From the NCBI RefSeq assembly GCF_001194135.2, contig NC_069000.1, positions 10,907,803 to 10,971,802 on the forward strand: DNA of 64,000 nucleotides. The letters run 5' to 3'. Each line of letters begins with the position of its first letter. Position 1 is the first letter of the stretch. This document shows, piece by piece, positions 1 to 14,344 of the stretch. The translations under genes and the position numbers were made by a program. This stretch comes from Octopus bimaculoides. Its lineage: Eukaryota. The notes under the pieces were generated by a model. It ran no database searches. It was not told where the DNA came from and worked only from the letters and a program-made list of their open reading frames with translations.

Positions 1-905
1 TATGCATTCCTTCTGGGGTTTTTTGTTTTAGACATGTGGACACACATACATACACACACACACACATTCCTCCGGTTCACCTTCTCTTGACACCTCTCCT
101 AATGTCATCACTTTCTCTACTATATTCTCCCTTAGTCAAGGCAACCTCACTAGTGCTGGTGTCACACAAAAGGCCTGCACTTCACTCAGTGAAACAGCAA
201 ACTGAGCAGAGACAGTGTAAGGTTATGCGGACTCTTTGTCCACGTAGAAGGCTGGACAACTTCTATACAGTTAATGCCAAAAAAAATTTTTTTAATGCAC
301 CCAGTACACTCTGTAGAGTGGTTGGTGTTAGAAAGGGCATCCAGCTGTAGAAATCTTGTCAGAATTGGGATTGTGTGTCTTGGGAGGGCCGTTATGCCAA
401 TAATATTAAACACACACACACAGATTCGATATCACTTCTTTATTGTTAGTCAGTTGAGTAATTCCATTACCTTGAATTACAAAGTTATGAACAGAAAGTT
501 TATCATTGTGCTTTTTCATTAAAAACGCTGCATGTGACACATGTAGAAATGGCTGCTTCAGGCTCATATGAATATATTTATGTGTGTATGTATGTGTGTG
601 TGTGTGTGTGTAATATATGTGTCGAGAGTTGTATCTGTCTAGCAAGTAACTTGATCTGAGACGGTGAGTACTAAAAGTAAAGTAATTACATTGTGGATGA
701 GCCATTCTAGCCATCTAATTACGCACAAATCTGTTAAAAAAATATGCGCTTTACATTTAATACGACATTTGTTATACAACTGTGTCAGGGACCTGGTTGA
801 AATTGTGTAATTGAAAATCTTAATGCCTTATCAAATTTCAAGTAAATTTAACAATTTTTGTGCATTAAAGGGCTGGAATGGTTTTGGAATAATTTAATTG
901 TCTCA

Positions 906-948
<43 letters not shown>

Positions 949-1269
949 GGATAGATAGAGAGAGCTGTCATTATTTGACATTTACCATCTATTTTCTTCG
1001 CTGGCATGGGTTTGACGGTTTGATAGGAGCTGGTAAACCAGAGTGCTTCATTCCTTGGAGCACCAAAAGAAAAGCATGCATCGTGGTATTTGTTCCAGCT
1101 GTTTGCATTCTAAGTTCAAATCTTACTCTGGTTAACTTTGCTTTTCATCCTTTTGGGGTCAATTGAATAAAGTACCAATCAAATATTGGATCGATGGTAT
1201 CGACTACCCCTCCCTTTTCTCAAATTTACTAGCCTTGTGCCAAAATTAGAAAGAATTATCATCGTCATA

Positions 1270-1427
1270 GGTGCAGGAGTGGCTGTGTGGTAAGTAGCTT
1301 GCTTACCAACTACATGGTTCCAGGTTCAGTCCCACTGCGTGGTACTTTGGGCAGGTGTCTTCTACTATAGCCTCGGGCCGACCAAAGCCTTGTGAGTGGA
1401 TTTGGTAGACGGAAACTGAAAGAAGCC

Positions 1428-1465
<38 letters not shown>

Positions 1466-1675
1466 TTGTGTGTCTGTGTTTGTCCCCCCAACATCGCTTG
1501 ACATTCGATGCTGGTGTGTTTACGTCCCCCAAAACTTAGCGGTTCAGCAAAAGAGACCGATAGAATAAGTACTAGGCTTCCAAAAAATAAGTCCTGGGGT
1601 CAATTTGCTCGACTAAAGGTGGTGCTCCAGCATGGCCGCAGTCAAATGACTGAAATAAGTAAAAGAGTAAAAGAA
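1270..1675 (+). mobile_element. tRNA-derived SINE, family A (label used here), full length
   Basis: A-box-like GGCTGTGTGG, B-box-like GGTTCAGTCC, an internal (TA)n tract and an AGTAAAAG-repeat tail. More than 10 related copies occur in the window. Confidence 0.85.
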
Positions 1676-2180
1676 TCATCATTGCATTAGGAGGCTTTGA
1701 GCTTAGTTGTTGCTATCATCACAGATTTCGTTTCTTTATTAAAGTGTATATTACTCTACCAAGGTCATTCCAACAGAATAGATTTGTGGTGGAAAGCATT
1801 CTTAATTGATATTTTAGCGTGTGCTCTGTTTTTATTTATTTATTTATTTTTTTTTGTATTTTTCTTACTTTTTTTTTCTCTTTGAAATGTTTGCACTTAA
1901 CTAAGAGTTCCCATCTGAATAATTTAATAGGAAGTCTTTGGACTTCATTTTTGACAGGCCAGCAAGCAAGCTTTTAAGGTGGTCACTCAGCCTGTTAGAC
2001 ACAGCAACCGAACTTTTCACAAATCATCACCATTCAGTCATGAATAAGAGGACACAGTGTTATAATGGAGTCTTGGGGCAAAAACTGGAAGTACGACTTT
2101 GTTTTAGTTTTGCTTTTGAGATCCAATAATCATGAGAACAGATTTTATGTCTGTATATCATGACTTAGTGAGTTTTTATA

Positions 2181-2383
2181 TCATCATCATCATCGTTGTT
2201 TAACGTCCGCTTTCCATGCTGGCATGGGTTGGATGGTTTGACTGGGGACTGGTGAGCCAGATGGCTGCACCGCTGAGTTTCTACAGCTGGATGCCCTTCC
2301 TAACGCCGACCACTCCAAGTGTGTAGTGGGTGCTTTTACGTGCCACTGGCACGAGGGCCAGTCAGGCGGTACTGGCAACGGCC

Positions 2384-2385
<2 letters not shown>
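2181..2385 (-). mobile_element. Retroelement family C (SINE or LINE 3' end with (GAT)n tail)
   Basis: (CAT)n-cgtt...taacgtccgctttccatgctggcatgggttgg...gctggatgcccttcctaacgcc. Other copies lie at about 296-365 (+), 9330-9505 (+, related), 17048-17148 (+), 20385-20550 (+) and 42211-42427 (-). Confidence 0.8.
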
Positions 2386-2419
<34 letters not shown>

Positions 2420-3824
2420 NNNNNNNNNNNNNNNNNNNNNNNNNNNNNNNNNNNNNNNNNNNNNNNNNNNNNNNNNNNNNNNNNNNNNNNNNNNNNNNNN
2501 NNNNNNNNNNNNNNNNNNNNNNNNNNNNNNNNNNNNNNNNNNNNNNNNNNNNNNNNNNNNNNNNNNNNNNNNNNNNNNNNNNNNNNNNNNNNNNNNNNNN
2601 NNNNNNNNNNNNNNNNNNNNNNNNNNNNNNNNNNNNNNNNNNNNNNNNNNNNNNNNNNNNNNNNNNNNNNNNNNNNNNNNNNNNNNNNNNNNNNNNNNNN
2701 NNNNNNNNNNNNNNNNNNNNNNNNNNNNNNNNNNNNNNNNNNNNNNNNNNNNNNNNNNNNNNNNNNNNNNNNNNNNNNNNNNNNNNNNNNNNNNNNNNNN
2801 NNNNNNNNNNNNNNNNNNNNNNNNNNNNNNNNNNNNNNNNNNNNNNNNNNNNNNNNNNNNNNNNNNNNNNNNNNNNNNNNNNNNNNNNNNNNNNNNNNNN
2901 NNNNNNNNNNNNNNNNNNNNNNNNNNNNNNNNNNNNNNNNNNNNNNNNNNNNNNNNNNNNNNNNNNNNNNNNNNNNNNNNNNNNNNNNNNNNNNNNNNNN
3001 NNNNNGTAGACACAGCTTATCGTGGAATATAATCTATAATGAAAAACAAAAATGTTATGTCACTGCAATACACCGCATAAATCTGACAAATTTGAAAGAC
3101 AAGGTTGATTTTCATATTCAGAAGATAGCAGCAATTAGTAAAAATTGTATTTTACAGTTGCGAATTTTAAGTCTTGTTGTTGTTGTTGTTGTTGTTGTTG
3201 GGTGTGTCTGTCTACGTGAAAGATTTAAATAAATGGGTCAAATAATGTATTAGCAGGTTATCGGATAAACTGTTTATCACTAAATTTTCTGAACAATTCC
3301 TCACCCCGCCCCACCCGTACCTCTCTCTGGCTCTCTCTCTCTCTCTTTCTCTTCCATGCACATGTATTTGTTACCGTGTGGTGTATCTCTCTGAATGTAT
3401 CTACACATCTTTACTCATTTTTGTGTTTAAATAACTTATAAATTATGTAAATACACTCTGTGTGTGTAAAACTGATTTTCTTTCAAGCCTGTTCTATTGA
3501 AGACTCAACTATGTTAGAATTTAATTTTTCTTTTTTTTTTTGTGTGTTAATTTTTTTTTCTTGTATTCCTTTAAGTTAGTAGCAAAGGATCATGGAGATA
3601 ATATATAAATATATCCTCCCATTGTAGGAAATATATATATATATATATACATACACACACATATATACACAAACACTTGTATATACACATATATATATAT
3701 TAGTACTAATATATATAGTACTATTAGTGGATCATATCTTTGTACTATGTACATTAAATGATGTTTATCTCTTACTGGATGGAGTTCTTTTTGGAGGTTG
3801 AACTTACCTTACCAAAACAGTGAG

Positions 3825-3868
<44 letters not shown>

Positions 3869-4002
3869 AGGCGCACTTACATCGACACACTCACCCATAC
3901 TCATGTCTATATGCAGGTTAATTGTGTCAGGGTAGCTTACAGGAAGTAATAATAGTATCAGATAAGGCACTAAAGTCTAGTAACTGTAGTAGCAGATATC
4001 GC

Positions 4003-4038
<36 letters not shown>

Positions 4039-4983
4039 AAAGCAGCATGTCTGTGTGTTTGTATGTACACACCTCAACGATGAAGTGATGTACTTCTCTA
4101 CATTTGCTTGTGTTAAACGTTTATAGTAATTTTTCGCATTTTTTTCCCCTTCTTCCTTACAGTGTGGTGGTACTTTCCTGGTAAGTGACTTGTATCTTAG
4201 ACTGCTGCATGTTAAAAACGGCACCGTTGTGTTCCCCTTTTTTTCATTTCTTTCACAAGGTATTGCGACTTTTTNNNNNNNNNNNNNNNNNNNNNNNNNN
4301 NNNNNNNNNNNNNNNNNNNNNNNNNNNNNNNNNNNNNNNNNNNNNNNNNNNNNNNNNNNNNNNNNNNNNNNNNNNNNNNNNNNNNNNNNNNNNNNNNNNN
4401 NNNNNNNNNNNNNNNNNNNNNNNNNNNNNNNNNNNNNNNNNNNNNNNNNNNNNNNNNNNNNNNNNNNNNNNNNNNNNNNNNNNNNNNNNNNNNNNNNNNN
4501 NNNNNNNNNNNNNNNNNNNNNNNNNNNNNNNNNNNNNNNNNNNNNNNNNNNNNNNNNNNNNNNNNNNNNNNNNNNNNNNNNNNNNNNNNNNNNNNNNNNN
4601 NNNNNNNNNNNNNNNNNNNNNNNNNNNNNNNNNNNNNNNNNNNNNNNNNNNNNNNNNNNNNNNNNNNNNNNNNNNNNNNNNNNNNNNNNNNNNNNNNNNN
4701 NNNNNNNNNNNNNNNNNNNNNNNNNNNNNNNNNNNNNNNNNNNNNNNNNNNNNNNNNNNNNNNNNNNNNNNNNNNNNNNNNNNNNNNNNNNNNNNNNNNN
4801 NNNNNNNNNNNNNNNNNNNNNNNNNNNNNNNNNNNNNNNNNNNNNNNNNNNNNNNNNNNNNNNNNNNNNNNNNNNNNNNNNNNNNNNNNNNNNNNNNNGG
4901 ACACATACGCCATAGAAACCGGGAAACCGGGACCATGAGCCTAGCTTGGCTTTAAAAGTGCGCATAAATAAATAAATATATGA

Positions 4984-5240
4984 AGGCACGTGACCTAGTA
5001 GGTTAAGCTGTTGCACTCACACTCGCCAGATCGTGGGTTCGATTCCCTGACTTGGCGGCATGTTGTGTCCTTGGGCAAATCACTTCATTTCACGTTGCTC
5101 CAGTTCCCCTTCAACCAGGAGGGGTTGTTGGCCTGTTCGCCTAGCCAGCAGAGTGGCATGATTTGAAGGCTAAAACAATGCAAAAGTGCATTGTGACCAG
5201 TGATGTGTAACAAGATATGATAGTCTGGTCGGTTACATGA
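4984..5240 (+). mobile_element. tRNA-derived SINE family F
   Basis: tRNA-like head with B-box GGGTTCGATTCC, then tgtgtccttgggcaaatcacttcatttcac. Related copies lie at about 8338-8575 (+), 49617-49760 (+) and 19960-20197 (-). Confidence 0.7.
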
Positions 5241-5714
5241 TTGATGATAGCTAGATAGATAGAGAGATAAACTTACTTGAAAATGGATGAGTGGTGTTCA
5301 ATTATATATAAATAGAACAAAAACACAATAAAAGACATTAAAACGTTTGGACAGATAGACGATACAAAGTTAGACAAGAGAAACAACAATCAGAAGGACA
5401 GGCAAAATAAGACGGGCATATATGGGTACAGGACGTCACCAACTGTGTAAACAACATGATGTATGAAAAGAAACGAGTTAAATACACAAACAACAAGAGA
5501 AAAAAATGGAAAACAGGACAAGTAACGCAGAGAACGACCCTTCATCAGTTGTTGGCTGTCTATCTACTTCTCATTTTGATCATTCAGATAGATATATGTC
5601 TGTGTGTATCCTTGTATCTGTTTAGCTTCTATCATTAGTTCACATGCAAAGCTGTTGTCACCAATGGCGAATACTTGGTCTTCAAAATACGACACATTTG
5701 ATTGGTTGATCGCA

Positions 5715-6341
5715 TACTCTTTTACTCTTTTACTTGTTTCAGTCATTTGACTGTGGCCATGCTGGAGCACCGCCTTTTAGTCGAGCTAATCGACCCCCAG
5801 GACTTATTCTTTGTAAACCCAGTACTTATTCTATCAGTCCCTTTAGCCGAACCGCTAAGTTACGGGGACGTAAACACACCAGCATTGGTTGTCAAGCAAT
5901 GCTAGGGGGGACAAACACAGACACACAAACATATACATACATACATATATATACGACGGGCTTCTTTCAGTTTCCGTCTACCAAATCCACTCACAAGGCT
6001 TTGGTCGGCCCGAGGCTATAGTAGAAGACACTTTGCCCGNNNNNNNNNNNNNNNNNNNNNNNNNNNNNNNNNNNNNNNNNNNNNNNNNNNNNNNNNNNNN
6101 NNNNNNNNNNNNNNNNNNNNNNNNNNNNNNNNNNNNNNNNNNNNNNNNNNNNNNNNNNNNNNNNNNNNNNNNNNNNNNNNNNNNNNNNNNNNNNNNNNNN
6201 NNNNNNNNNNNNNNNNNNNNNNNNNNNNNNNNNNNNNNNNNNNNNNNNNNNNNNNNNNNNNNNNNNNNNNNNNNNNNNNNNNNNNNNNNNNNNNNNNNNN
6301 NNNNNNNNNNNNNNNNNNNNNNNNNNNNNNNNNNNNNNNNN

Positions 6342-6382
<41 letters not shown>

Positions 6383-6548
6383 TATATATACACATTCTTT
6401 CAGTTTCCGTCTACCAAATCCACTCACAAGGCTTTGGTCGGCCCGAGGCTATAGTAGAAGACACTTTGCCCGAGGTGCCCCGCAGCGGGACTGAACCCAG
6501 AACCATGTGGTTGGTAAGCAAGCTACTTATCACACAGTCACTCCTACG
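5715..6548 (-). mobile_element. SINE family A copy interrupted by an assembly gap
   Basis: Reverse complement of the 1270-1675 element. Tail at 5715, head at about 6548. A segment is repeated on both sides of the gap. Confidence 0.85.
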
Positions 6549-7056
6549 CATGTTCGCCCTCTCCAATAGTCTTTGTGCTAATTTGAAGTCAACATTAAAG
6601 GAGTATTTCTTCATACTAACTTCTTGTGCCTGAATGAGCTTTGCAGCTCCAACAAGTACAGAAATGATGGAATCAGATTACAGACAGTTTGGAGTGGTTG
6701 GTTTCTTTTTTTGTTGCTTCTAACTTTTCCAATGTAACCCCAAAGTATTTTATCTGTCCTTAACAACTACTGTTTAATCGCCGTTGTCATCATCATCATC
6801 ATTACCATCAATCAACTAGTGGCATTGGAATGAGGTGTCGCTGAATCTAATTATTCACCGAATAATTAGTTTGCCCCATATTTTGTATGAAATATTGTTG
6901 TCCCTGTAATTACAACATGTAACATGTGATCCCAGTATGTAATACAATAAGAAGGATTTTGCTTAGGGGAACAGCAGTATTGTCAAGTTGAATTAAGTTA
7001 TATAGAGACTTCCTCACTGTCTCAAGTAGTAGAAGCTTCTATACAATTCGCTTTTA

Positions 7057-7370
7057 TTCTTTTACTTGTTTCAGTCATTTGACTGTGGCCGTGCTGGAGC
7101 ACCGCCTTTAGTTGAATCAAATCGACCCCAGGATTTATTCTTTGTAAGCCTAGTGCTTATTCTATCGGTCTCTTTTGCCGAACCACCAAGTTACGGGGAC
7201 CTAAACACACCAGCATCGGTTGTCAAGCGATGTTGGAGGGGACAAACAAATACACAACATATACACACGCATGCATACATACATATATACAACGGGCTTC
7301 TTTCAGTTTCCGTCTACCAAATCCACTCCCAAGGCTTTGGTCAGCCCGAGGTTATAGTAGAAGACACTTC
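7057..7370 (-). mobile_element. SINE family A, 5'-truncated
   Basis: Colinear with the family A tail and body. Confidence 0.85.
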
Positions 7371-9211
7371 TGAAGTTTTTTTTGTTTTTGTTTTTTGTCC
7401 CCAGTACAAGGGGTTTCTGCAAGGCAAACAAACAGTACTGCTACAATCAACTAGTGTCTGTATGTGTGTGCGTGTGCCTATACATACTTGTACTGTTGCA
7501 TATACACAAATGATGCCAAACATTTATACCTCTCTAGCGAACCAACTTCACTAAACATATGCATGCACATGTACACATTCACATACATACATACATACAC
7601 ACACACACGGGGACAATCCCATGTCTAAATAACTGTATCCTGATTATTACATCAATACACACACACACACACAGAAAGGGAGACCATACCACAAACATAG
7701 ACAGACATGTCAGATTGACCTAATCAACATGTACTAATAAGAAATAAAATCTGATATTTATCTAACTGTACGCATACATTCTCTTTCATACAGACACACA
7801 GACGTGTCTTCTTTCAGTCATCTTTTTTTCTGGTTTTCTTTTCTCTCACACACGTATAGATGCATGCACTTCAATACAGATACACACACACATCTACTCA
7901 AATACACACACACGCATGCATGTCAACACATTTGTACATGCGCACACATACAGGCAGTGATTCTGTAGCAGATTTATCTTACATTTGCATGAGAACTTTT
8001 ACTGTCACCATATTGAATTTCTGTCCACTTGGGTTCATAGACAATGTCACCCAGTATATGTGGTTTTGATTGGGTATGAGTGTGTTTTCTCATTTCTGGG
8101 TAACCTCACTCTGTCTTGCTTGTATCATGTGTACACATCCAAGCTTCTGGGATTACTTGTACCAAACAAAGCATCATCCTATTTGTGTTTCTAGATATGG
8201 CCATTTCGCCTTTATTATATACAGTACATTGTCCTAAAATTTAGGATTCTAAAAGCTATGGTTTCCAGTTAAAACATAACCTTTTTTTTTTAACTATAGA
8301 GAGCCCCTTGACAAGTTTGCATTACTATTTAGAAGTTGTGGAGGTGCATGGCTTAGTGGTTAGGGTGTTGGACTCATGCTTGTAAGAGTGTGGTTTCAAT
8401 TCCTGGACCAGGCAATGCATTGTGTTCTTGAGCAAATCACTTCATTTCACTTTGTTCATTCCACTCAGTTGGCAAAAATGAGTGACCCTGCGACAAACTG
8501 GCGTCCCATCCAGATGGGGGACATTTACAACATGAAAACTGTGAAACTGGCCCTTATGAATTAGTATGACTCAAGAAGGAATACTACTACTACTACTATT
8601 TAGAAGTTTCTTTACTGCCATATCTGTGGTTGTGATTCGTTGTAACCCTGTTTTTTTGGGGTTTTTTTTTTTGGAGAAGTACTTGAGTCATTGTATATGA
8701 TAAAGTCGCGAAAATTAATAAGGATTTTGAATTCTTGTTTAGCTCCTTCATCAGCTATGAATCAAAGTTGTCCAAACGATGATCATCCTAAGGCTACCTT
8801 GTCCAAGTGTCATTGAGTCTTTTTTTTTTTAAGACTGTAGGTTATGATTGGTTAATGGTACTTGCTAAGAGACCTTGCTGACATAGTTCTATATACTACA
8901 GTTCTTATATATATATANNNNNNNNNNNNNNNNNNNNNNNNNNNNNNNNNNNNNNNNNNNNNNNNNNNNNNNNNNNNNNNNNNNNNNNNNNNNNNNNNNN
9001 NNNNNNNNNNNNNNNNNNNNNNNNNNNNNNNNNNNNNNNNNNNNNNNNNNNNNNNNNNNNNNNNNNNNNNNNNNNNNNNNNNNNNNNNNNNNNNNNNNNN
9101 NNNNNNNNNNNNNNNNNNNNNNNNNNNNNNNNNNNNNNNNNNNNNNNNNNNNNNNNNNNNNNNNNNNNNNNNNNNNNNNNNNNNNNNNNGTTGTTTTTTT
9201 CTTACATTCTC

Positions 9212-9251
<40 letters not shown>

Positions 9252-10403
9252 CAGTGTGTGTGCTCATATTTCCTTGTCTTGGCATCACAGGATACTTGTA
9301 AATTAATGTCACTATCATACAAGCAGTGAGTCATTCGTTTCCAATATTCCATGCAAACATGTCTGGCCATGGGGAAATATAACCACTGCTTGGAAGTGGG
9401 TTAGGGTTGGCAACAAGAAGGGCAGCCGGCTGTAGAAAAAAAACCCTGCTGCAACAAATTCTGACTGACTCATGCAAGCATGGAAAAGTGGACATTAAAT
9501 GATGGTGGTGGTACATGTGTGTATACAATATTCTACTTCCTGTATCCAGTATTTAAGTTTCGCCTCAATCTGTTTATAAGTTTAAAAGGCTGTAATGCTT
9601 TTATGTAGCTACTTGTATACGTCTAAGTGTGGGCACATGTGCTGAAACCTGTTGCTGACCATGTGTAAGTGTGTGCATGCGTGAGTGCATGCACATACAT
9701 GCGTGCGAACTGAGCTTGTCTATAACAAGCGCATCTGTGTACGTGCGTATATGCACTTGAAGGTCTGCATATTTATGTAATTGGTACTTAACACTCATCC
9801 AATACTCGCATTAGTCTGCACACAAACACACACACACGTTAATATTTGTTTAATCTTAGTAGATTGCATGTTATTAAGACCTTCTTGGATGAGACCATCC
9901 GTTTACTGTCTATCAGTGAACTCCACACACACACACACACCTTGCATTTGTCTTTCTTCTCGTATGATGGCCACAATAATGAAATTCAGTAGATTCTCTT
10001 CCTTCTCTTCTACTTTCACATGTGAAGAGTTTTTTTTTTTTTTTTTTTTTTGTAATTCGAAGACGAGGATGGGTGGGTGGAGGTTGTTATTATTATTGTT
10101 AAGAAAATGAAAAAAAACTAATGAAGTAGATAAATGATAATTTAGATAACGTCCTTGATAGAATGACCCTTGTCTACATAGCTAAGCCTTGAGACTTGCA
10201 AAGCAAGGCCTGGCAATTAGCTTGCTGGCAACATATCAATTATATCATTAAATGACATTTTTTTGTGACAGGTATACTAGCATTATTTGCACTCGATCTA
10301 CTTTCTCCTTTGCTTCCCCCCCCTCTCTCTCTCTCTCTTTCCAGTAGTTAGCCTCACAGCATCTGGAGTGTGATCTTGAACTTTAAAACCTGCCCTGCAG
10401 TGG

Positions 10404-10450
<47 letters not shown>
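10404..10450. repeat. (GT)n microsatellite, representative of dozens
   Basis: Perfect dinucleotide run. Similar (TA)n, (CA)n, (GA)n, (TAC)n, (TAA)n and (TATG)n tracts occur throughout, e.g. about 906-945, 3827-3866, 10690-10750, 14750-14790, 15840-15895, 21477-21500 and 33745-33778. Confidence 0.95.
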
Positions 10451-10454
<4 letters not shown>

Positions 10455-11369
10455 TTTATCAGCTGAGATGAAGGCATATTTAGCTTTTGCGGTAGCGTGA
10501 AGGAAGTGAGTGAAAGAGCAGTGTTCAGTGTCTTTTGTTTCACACACACACATTCACACTTAATAGTTCATTAGGTAAATATCTTCATAATGCCAGCCAG
10601 CCTATCAACAAAGCCAGCTGTTGATTGGTTGGTTAGTTTGCTGGTTGTTTGGTTGGCCAGTTAGTCAATCAGTGAAGTTGTTCACTCTCCCTCTCTCCCT
10701 CTCTGTCTCTCTCTCTCTCTCCCTCTCTCTCTCTGTCTCTCTCTCTCTCTAACATACACACTATATGACCTACAACTTATGGGAGCGACTGGTTTGCAGA
10801 GTTTTACAGTTGATAGGAACTTTCTCAGTTTATGAAAGCAGAAATTTACATTGTACTCACAACCCGTTACCAGCACGGAAAACGAATTTTAAATGATGAT
10901 AGGAATAATAATCAAGACATTATTCACAACTACATTCGGAAAGAAATTTCATGGATAAAGACTAAATTCTTTAGAACTTAGCTTCATTTGTTAAAATACA
11001 TGTTGTTATAGTTATGGACTGGCAGAATCATTTGAGCAACAGATAAGATACTTAGAGGTGTTTTTTGGTGGGGGAGGGGAGGGTCTACATTCTGAATATG
11101 AACTCCACTGAGGTCCATTTCGCCATCTTGCCCATGGGTCAGCGGAATCGGTAGAACATCAGACAAAATATGCCATGTAGTATTTAGTTGCTTCCCTTGG
11201 TATCCTGGCAACAAATCCTGCTGCTACCACCTGGATATCATATATGTATGTATGTTTGTGTATATGCATGTGTGTATATATATATGTATATAAGCATTAA
11301 GCCCAATATACAGAGATAAAAAAACTATGATTGAGTACAACATACCAAGATAAAAATATATTTGTGTTG

Positions 11370-11567
11370 AGGTGCTCTGTGTTTCTTTCAATTAATTTTA
11401 GATATAACAAAGAAATTAGCAAAATAACTTAGTTATCATTCAGCTAGTGTTCGGAACGTAAATTGTGACAAAGGTTTTGGTGGAAGATTTTCATTCAGAA
11501 CTTTTGAAAACCAGACGTTACAGAGCCAGAGGTGGTTTCAGACGGGTTGGCATCATTGGTATTAAGC
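11370..11567. mobile_element. Possible non-autonomous DNA transposon (MITE-like) fragment
   Basis: Resembles, from memory only, an abundant octopus TTAA-terminated repeat (aaagaaacacagagcacctcaac in reverse; cagacgggttggcatc...ttaa). Only one end is visible. Confidence 0.3.
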
Positions 11568-12146
11568 AATGATGCATCATTCATATTGAGTATCTCAGTT
11601 ACTGTAGGCAAAATTATGATTGATCCATAATACTATGTATCAGCTATTGACAATTTAAGAGTCAACATTCGAGTCTGAAATGACAGGGAGACTTAGGAAG
11701 TTGAAATTTGTTTTGTGATGTTATAATTCACCAGACCATACCAGCTGTATTGTTATCACACCCATTCTTCAAAATCAGAATCCAGACCTAGCACTGAAAT
11801 TTTTCATCTCTCCTCAGTTCAAAAGAAGTTTAAATGGCTGTTGTTGTGGAAGCACTGCACAAATTAATGAAGCGTTTGGAAAATGTCATTGCAGAAAAAT
11901 ATTTAGAAAAAAATTTTTGCATTTTTGCATTTTTTGGTGTAAATGAGCAGAGATTGAGCAGTGAAAGGTGTAACCAACACTGGAAACTATATATCAACAT
12001 TTTTTTCTTCTTTTTACTTTTAAAAGCTGAAATATCTTCATTCTCTATATTTTTTCCTTTATTTTTTTCACGAGGTTTCGTTTTGGTACAAGCTTTTTAG
12101 ACACCTTTGTGTGTTGTGTGTAAGAAATAGTATGATTAAACACAAC

Positions 12147-12252
12147 AAGACTGATAGAATAAGTCCTGGGATCAATTCATTCGACTAAACCTCTCAATGT
12201 GGTACTCCGGCATGGCCACAGTCCAGTGACTGAAACAAATAAAAGATGAAAG
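12147..12252 (+). mobile_element. SINE family A, 3' fragment
   Basis: gatagaataagtcctggg...catggccacagtccagtgactgaaacaaataaaag. Confidence 0.7.
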
Positions 12253-13619
12253 CAATACCAAGAATTTCATTAAAATATTTTTGTTGTTTGCTTTTTAATA
12301 AATGTATTTAAATGGACACCTAAAACACCACAGGTCATCACATATTGCTTGGACATTAACCATTGCGTGTCTCTTCAAATTCATTTAAAAGTGAAACTAA
12401 CATTAGTTCAGTCAGTGTTCTCGCGGGAATCTAAAACATTGATTTAATTGATTAGTGAGTGCAGTTGAATATTGATTTTAAAATATGTATTTTTACAGTG
12501 CAATTGGAACATGTATTGTTGGTTGAATCTGCTTAAACTGCTTTTCTATCGTTATTACTACCTTGGCCTTCGGTACATGGTGGCGGATGGTCGAATATTA
12601 ATATTAGAATATTAATATTTAGTTTGGCTTTTTATGTTCCGAGTTCAACTGCTGCCACAGTCGACTTTGCCTTTCATTCTTCCAGGGTCGAGAAAATGAA
12701 TACTGGTTGAGTATTGTGAGTTGATGCATATCACATGCACAAGCTGTTGCAACCAGCTGATCAATAAAGTGCAGTTGCTGAATGACATACTCAAACGCAG
12801 GCATACAGGTCCTTGTATTTGAACAGACGCACATTATAAATGCACCATTGGCATTATGTTATCTACAAAAATAAATAATACTTTCAGTATTACATCCACA
12901 CAATCATTACCTCTGTCCTTTGACCTGTCCAACATGGAACATCTATGGAAGTCCTACCAGGAACATCCACTCTGTTGGTATTGCTCTCAGGGCCATTGAG
13001 GCCCACAAGCACCACACCACAACATGGACTAGAACTTGTGGTGGATATAGGTGGGTTGCTTTGCAGTATTTGAACGTATTTATTTTCTCCTGCTGTATAT
13101 TAACTGGAACAGCTCAAGCAAAGCTGACTGGGGTTAGTCAGTAATGACTTCTGTGGTTTACATAAAAAAAAACATTTAATTAACTACTTGCTTAATGTTT
13201 TTTTTTCTTTTTTTTTCCTAATGAAGGAAATTACCATTTTAATTTTGTTCAATAGAAGCAAACAGCTACATTTCAAAACATATGGCCACTATGTTTTAAA
13301 AACAGGAATAAAATAAAATTCCCTACATGGAGCCTATCCAAACACTTATTATTATTGCTTCTGATGTTTTATTGTCATTTGGCCAATGCTTATCCTCAGG
13401 TGGCTGACACAAATAATTTTATTTGGATGACCTCCATAAATACAGTTTATTTACCAATGCAGACTAACACAGCCACATACAGAAAATTCACACTGCATCT
13501 TGTTAATTGTGCATTCACAATCAGTTTGTACATGGTTTTATGTTTTTATTTATTGTTCCGGTGAGTGAGAGTGGTAGGAATGGCCTAACATAATCAGGCC
13601 TACTCCCAGCTTGCACTTA

Positions 13620-13963
13620 TAGGCCACAGAATACAGCTGGGAAAAGGGGTACCACCTGCCCTTGGTTATCAGGATAATGGTGTTTCTTAATTGACCCGAA
13701 GTGACAGTCCCTTTAACAGGACATCTCATTTCATACTTTAAAATATATCTGTTTTCCATCCCTATTATTATTTCATAATTGGTTCTAGGCCAGAGAACAC
13801 AACTGGAAGAAGGGGAACCACTTGTCCTTGGTAATCAGGATAATGTTGATTCTATGGGGTGCCTTCATTGATTCTAAGCAGCAGTCCCCTTAACAGGACA
13901 TCTCGTTCCATAGCTTAAAATGTCTTTGTTCTTGATCCCTATTTTCATTCATAATTAGTTCTA
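13620..13963. repeat. Diverged two-copy tandem duplication, unit about 166-178 bp
   Basis: Units start taggcc at 13620 and 13786. Shared blocks include cttggtWatcaggataatg, cagtcccYttaacaggacatctc and atccctatt...tcataattRgttcta. Confidence 0.85.
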
Positions 13964-14344
13964 TGTAAAACCTCGATTGTTTTTTTTTAAGTTGCCCCTA
14001 TAATGACCCCCATCATCAGTTATCTTTGTGGTAAATGAAAGAAATGGCTGTGTGAGTATATGTCTTTATCTGTAATGTTTATTTGTTCTGTTTGTCATGG
14101 CATTTAAACATATTTAAATAATATTATGAACGTCTATAAATTTATACATCAGACTAGAAATAAGGAAACTTATAAATTTATGAAAAATGGAAGTTGTATA
14201 GGTCCTGCTATGATATGTTGATTGACGGAATCATTAGGGGATCAGAGAAAATGTCTCGTAGTATTTAGGGTCATAATGTTTGAGTTTAAAATCTATCCAA
14301 GCCAGTTAATTCTTCCAGGTCAATTTATTTGATAACCAGTTGAT

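Noticed and set aside
2319-3232. Long ORFs full of X (also near 4.0-5.0, 5.9-6.5, 8.9-9.3, 16.7-17.1, 25.9-26.3, 31.1-31.9, 34.0-35.2, 35.9-36.4 and 41.9-42.2 kb)
   Set aside because: They are artefacts of N-gaps containing no stop codons.
3692-3717. Perfect AT-rich palindrome centred on AGTACT
   Set aside because: It is mostly (TA)n, which is expected by chance in this sequence.
4984-5060. tRNA-like sequences at SINE heads (also 8338, 20130, 29670 and 49617)
   Set aside because: They continue into SINE bodies and lack complete cloverleafs, so they are not tRNA genes.
5963-6470. Apparent tandem SINE A duplication
   Set aside because: An identical segment, including a shared extra T (actttgcccg), lies on both sides of a gap. 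It is probably an assembly overlap.
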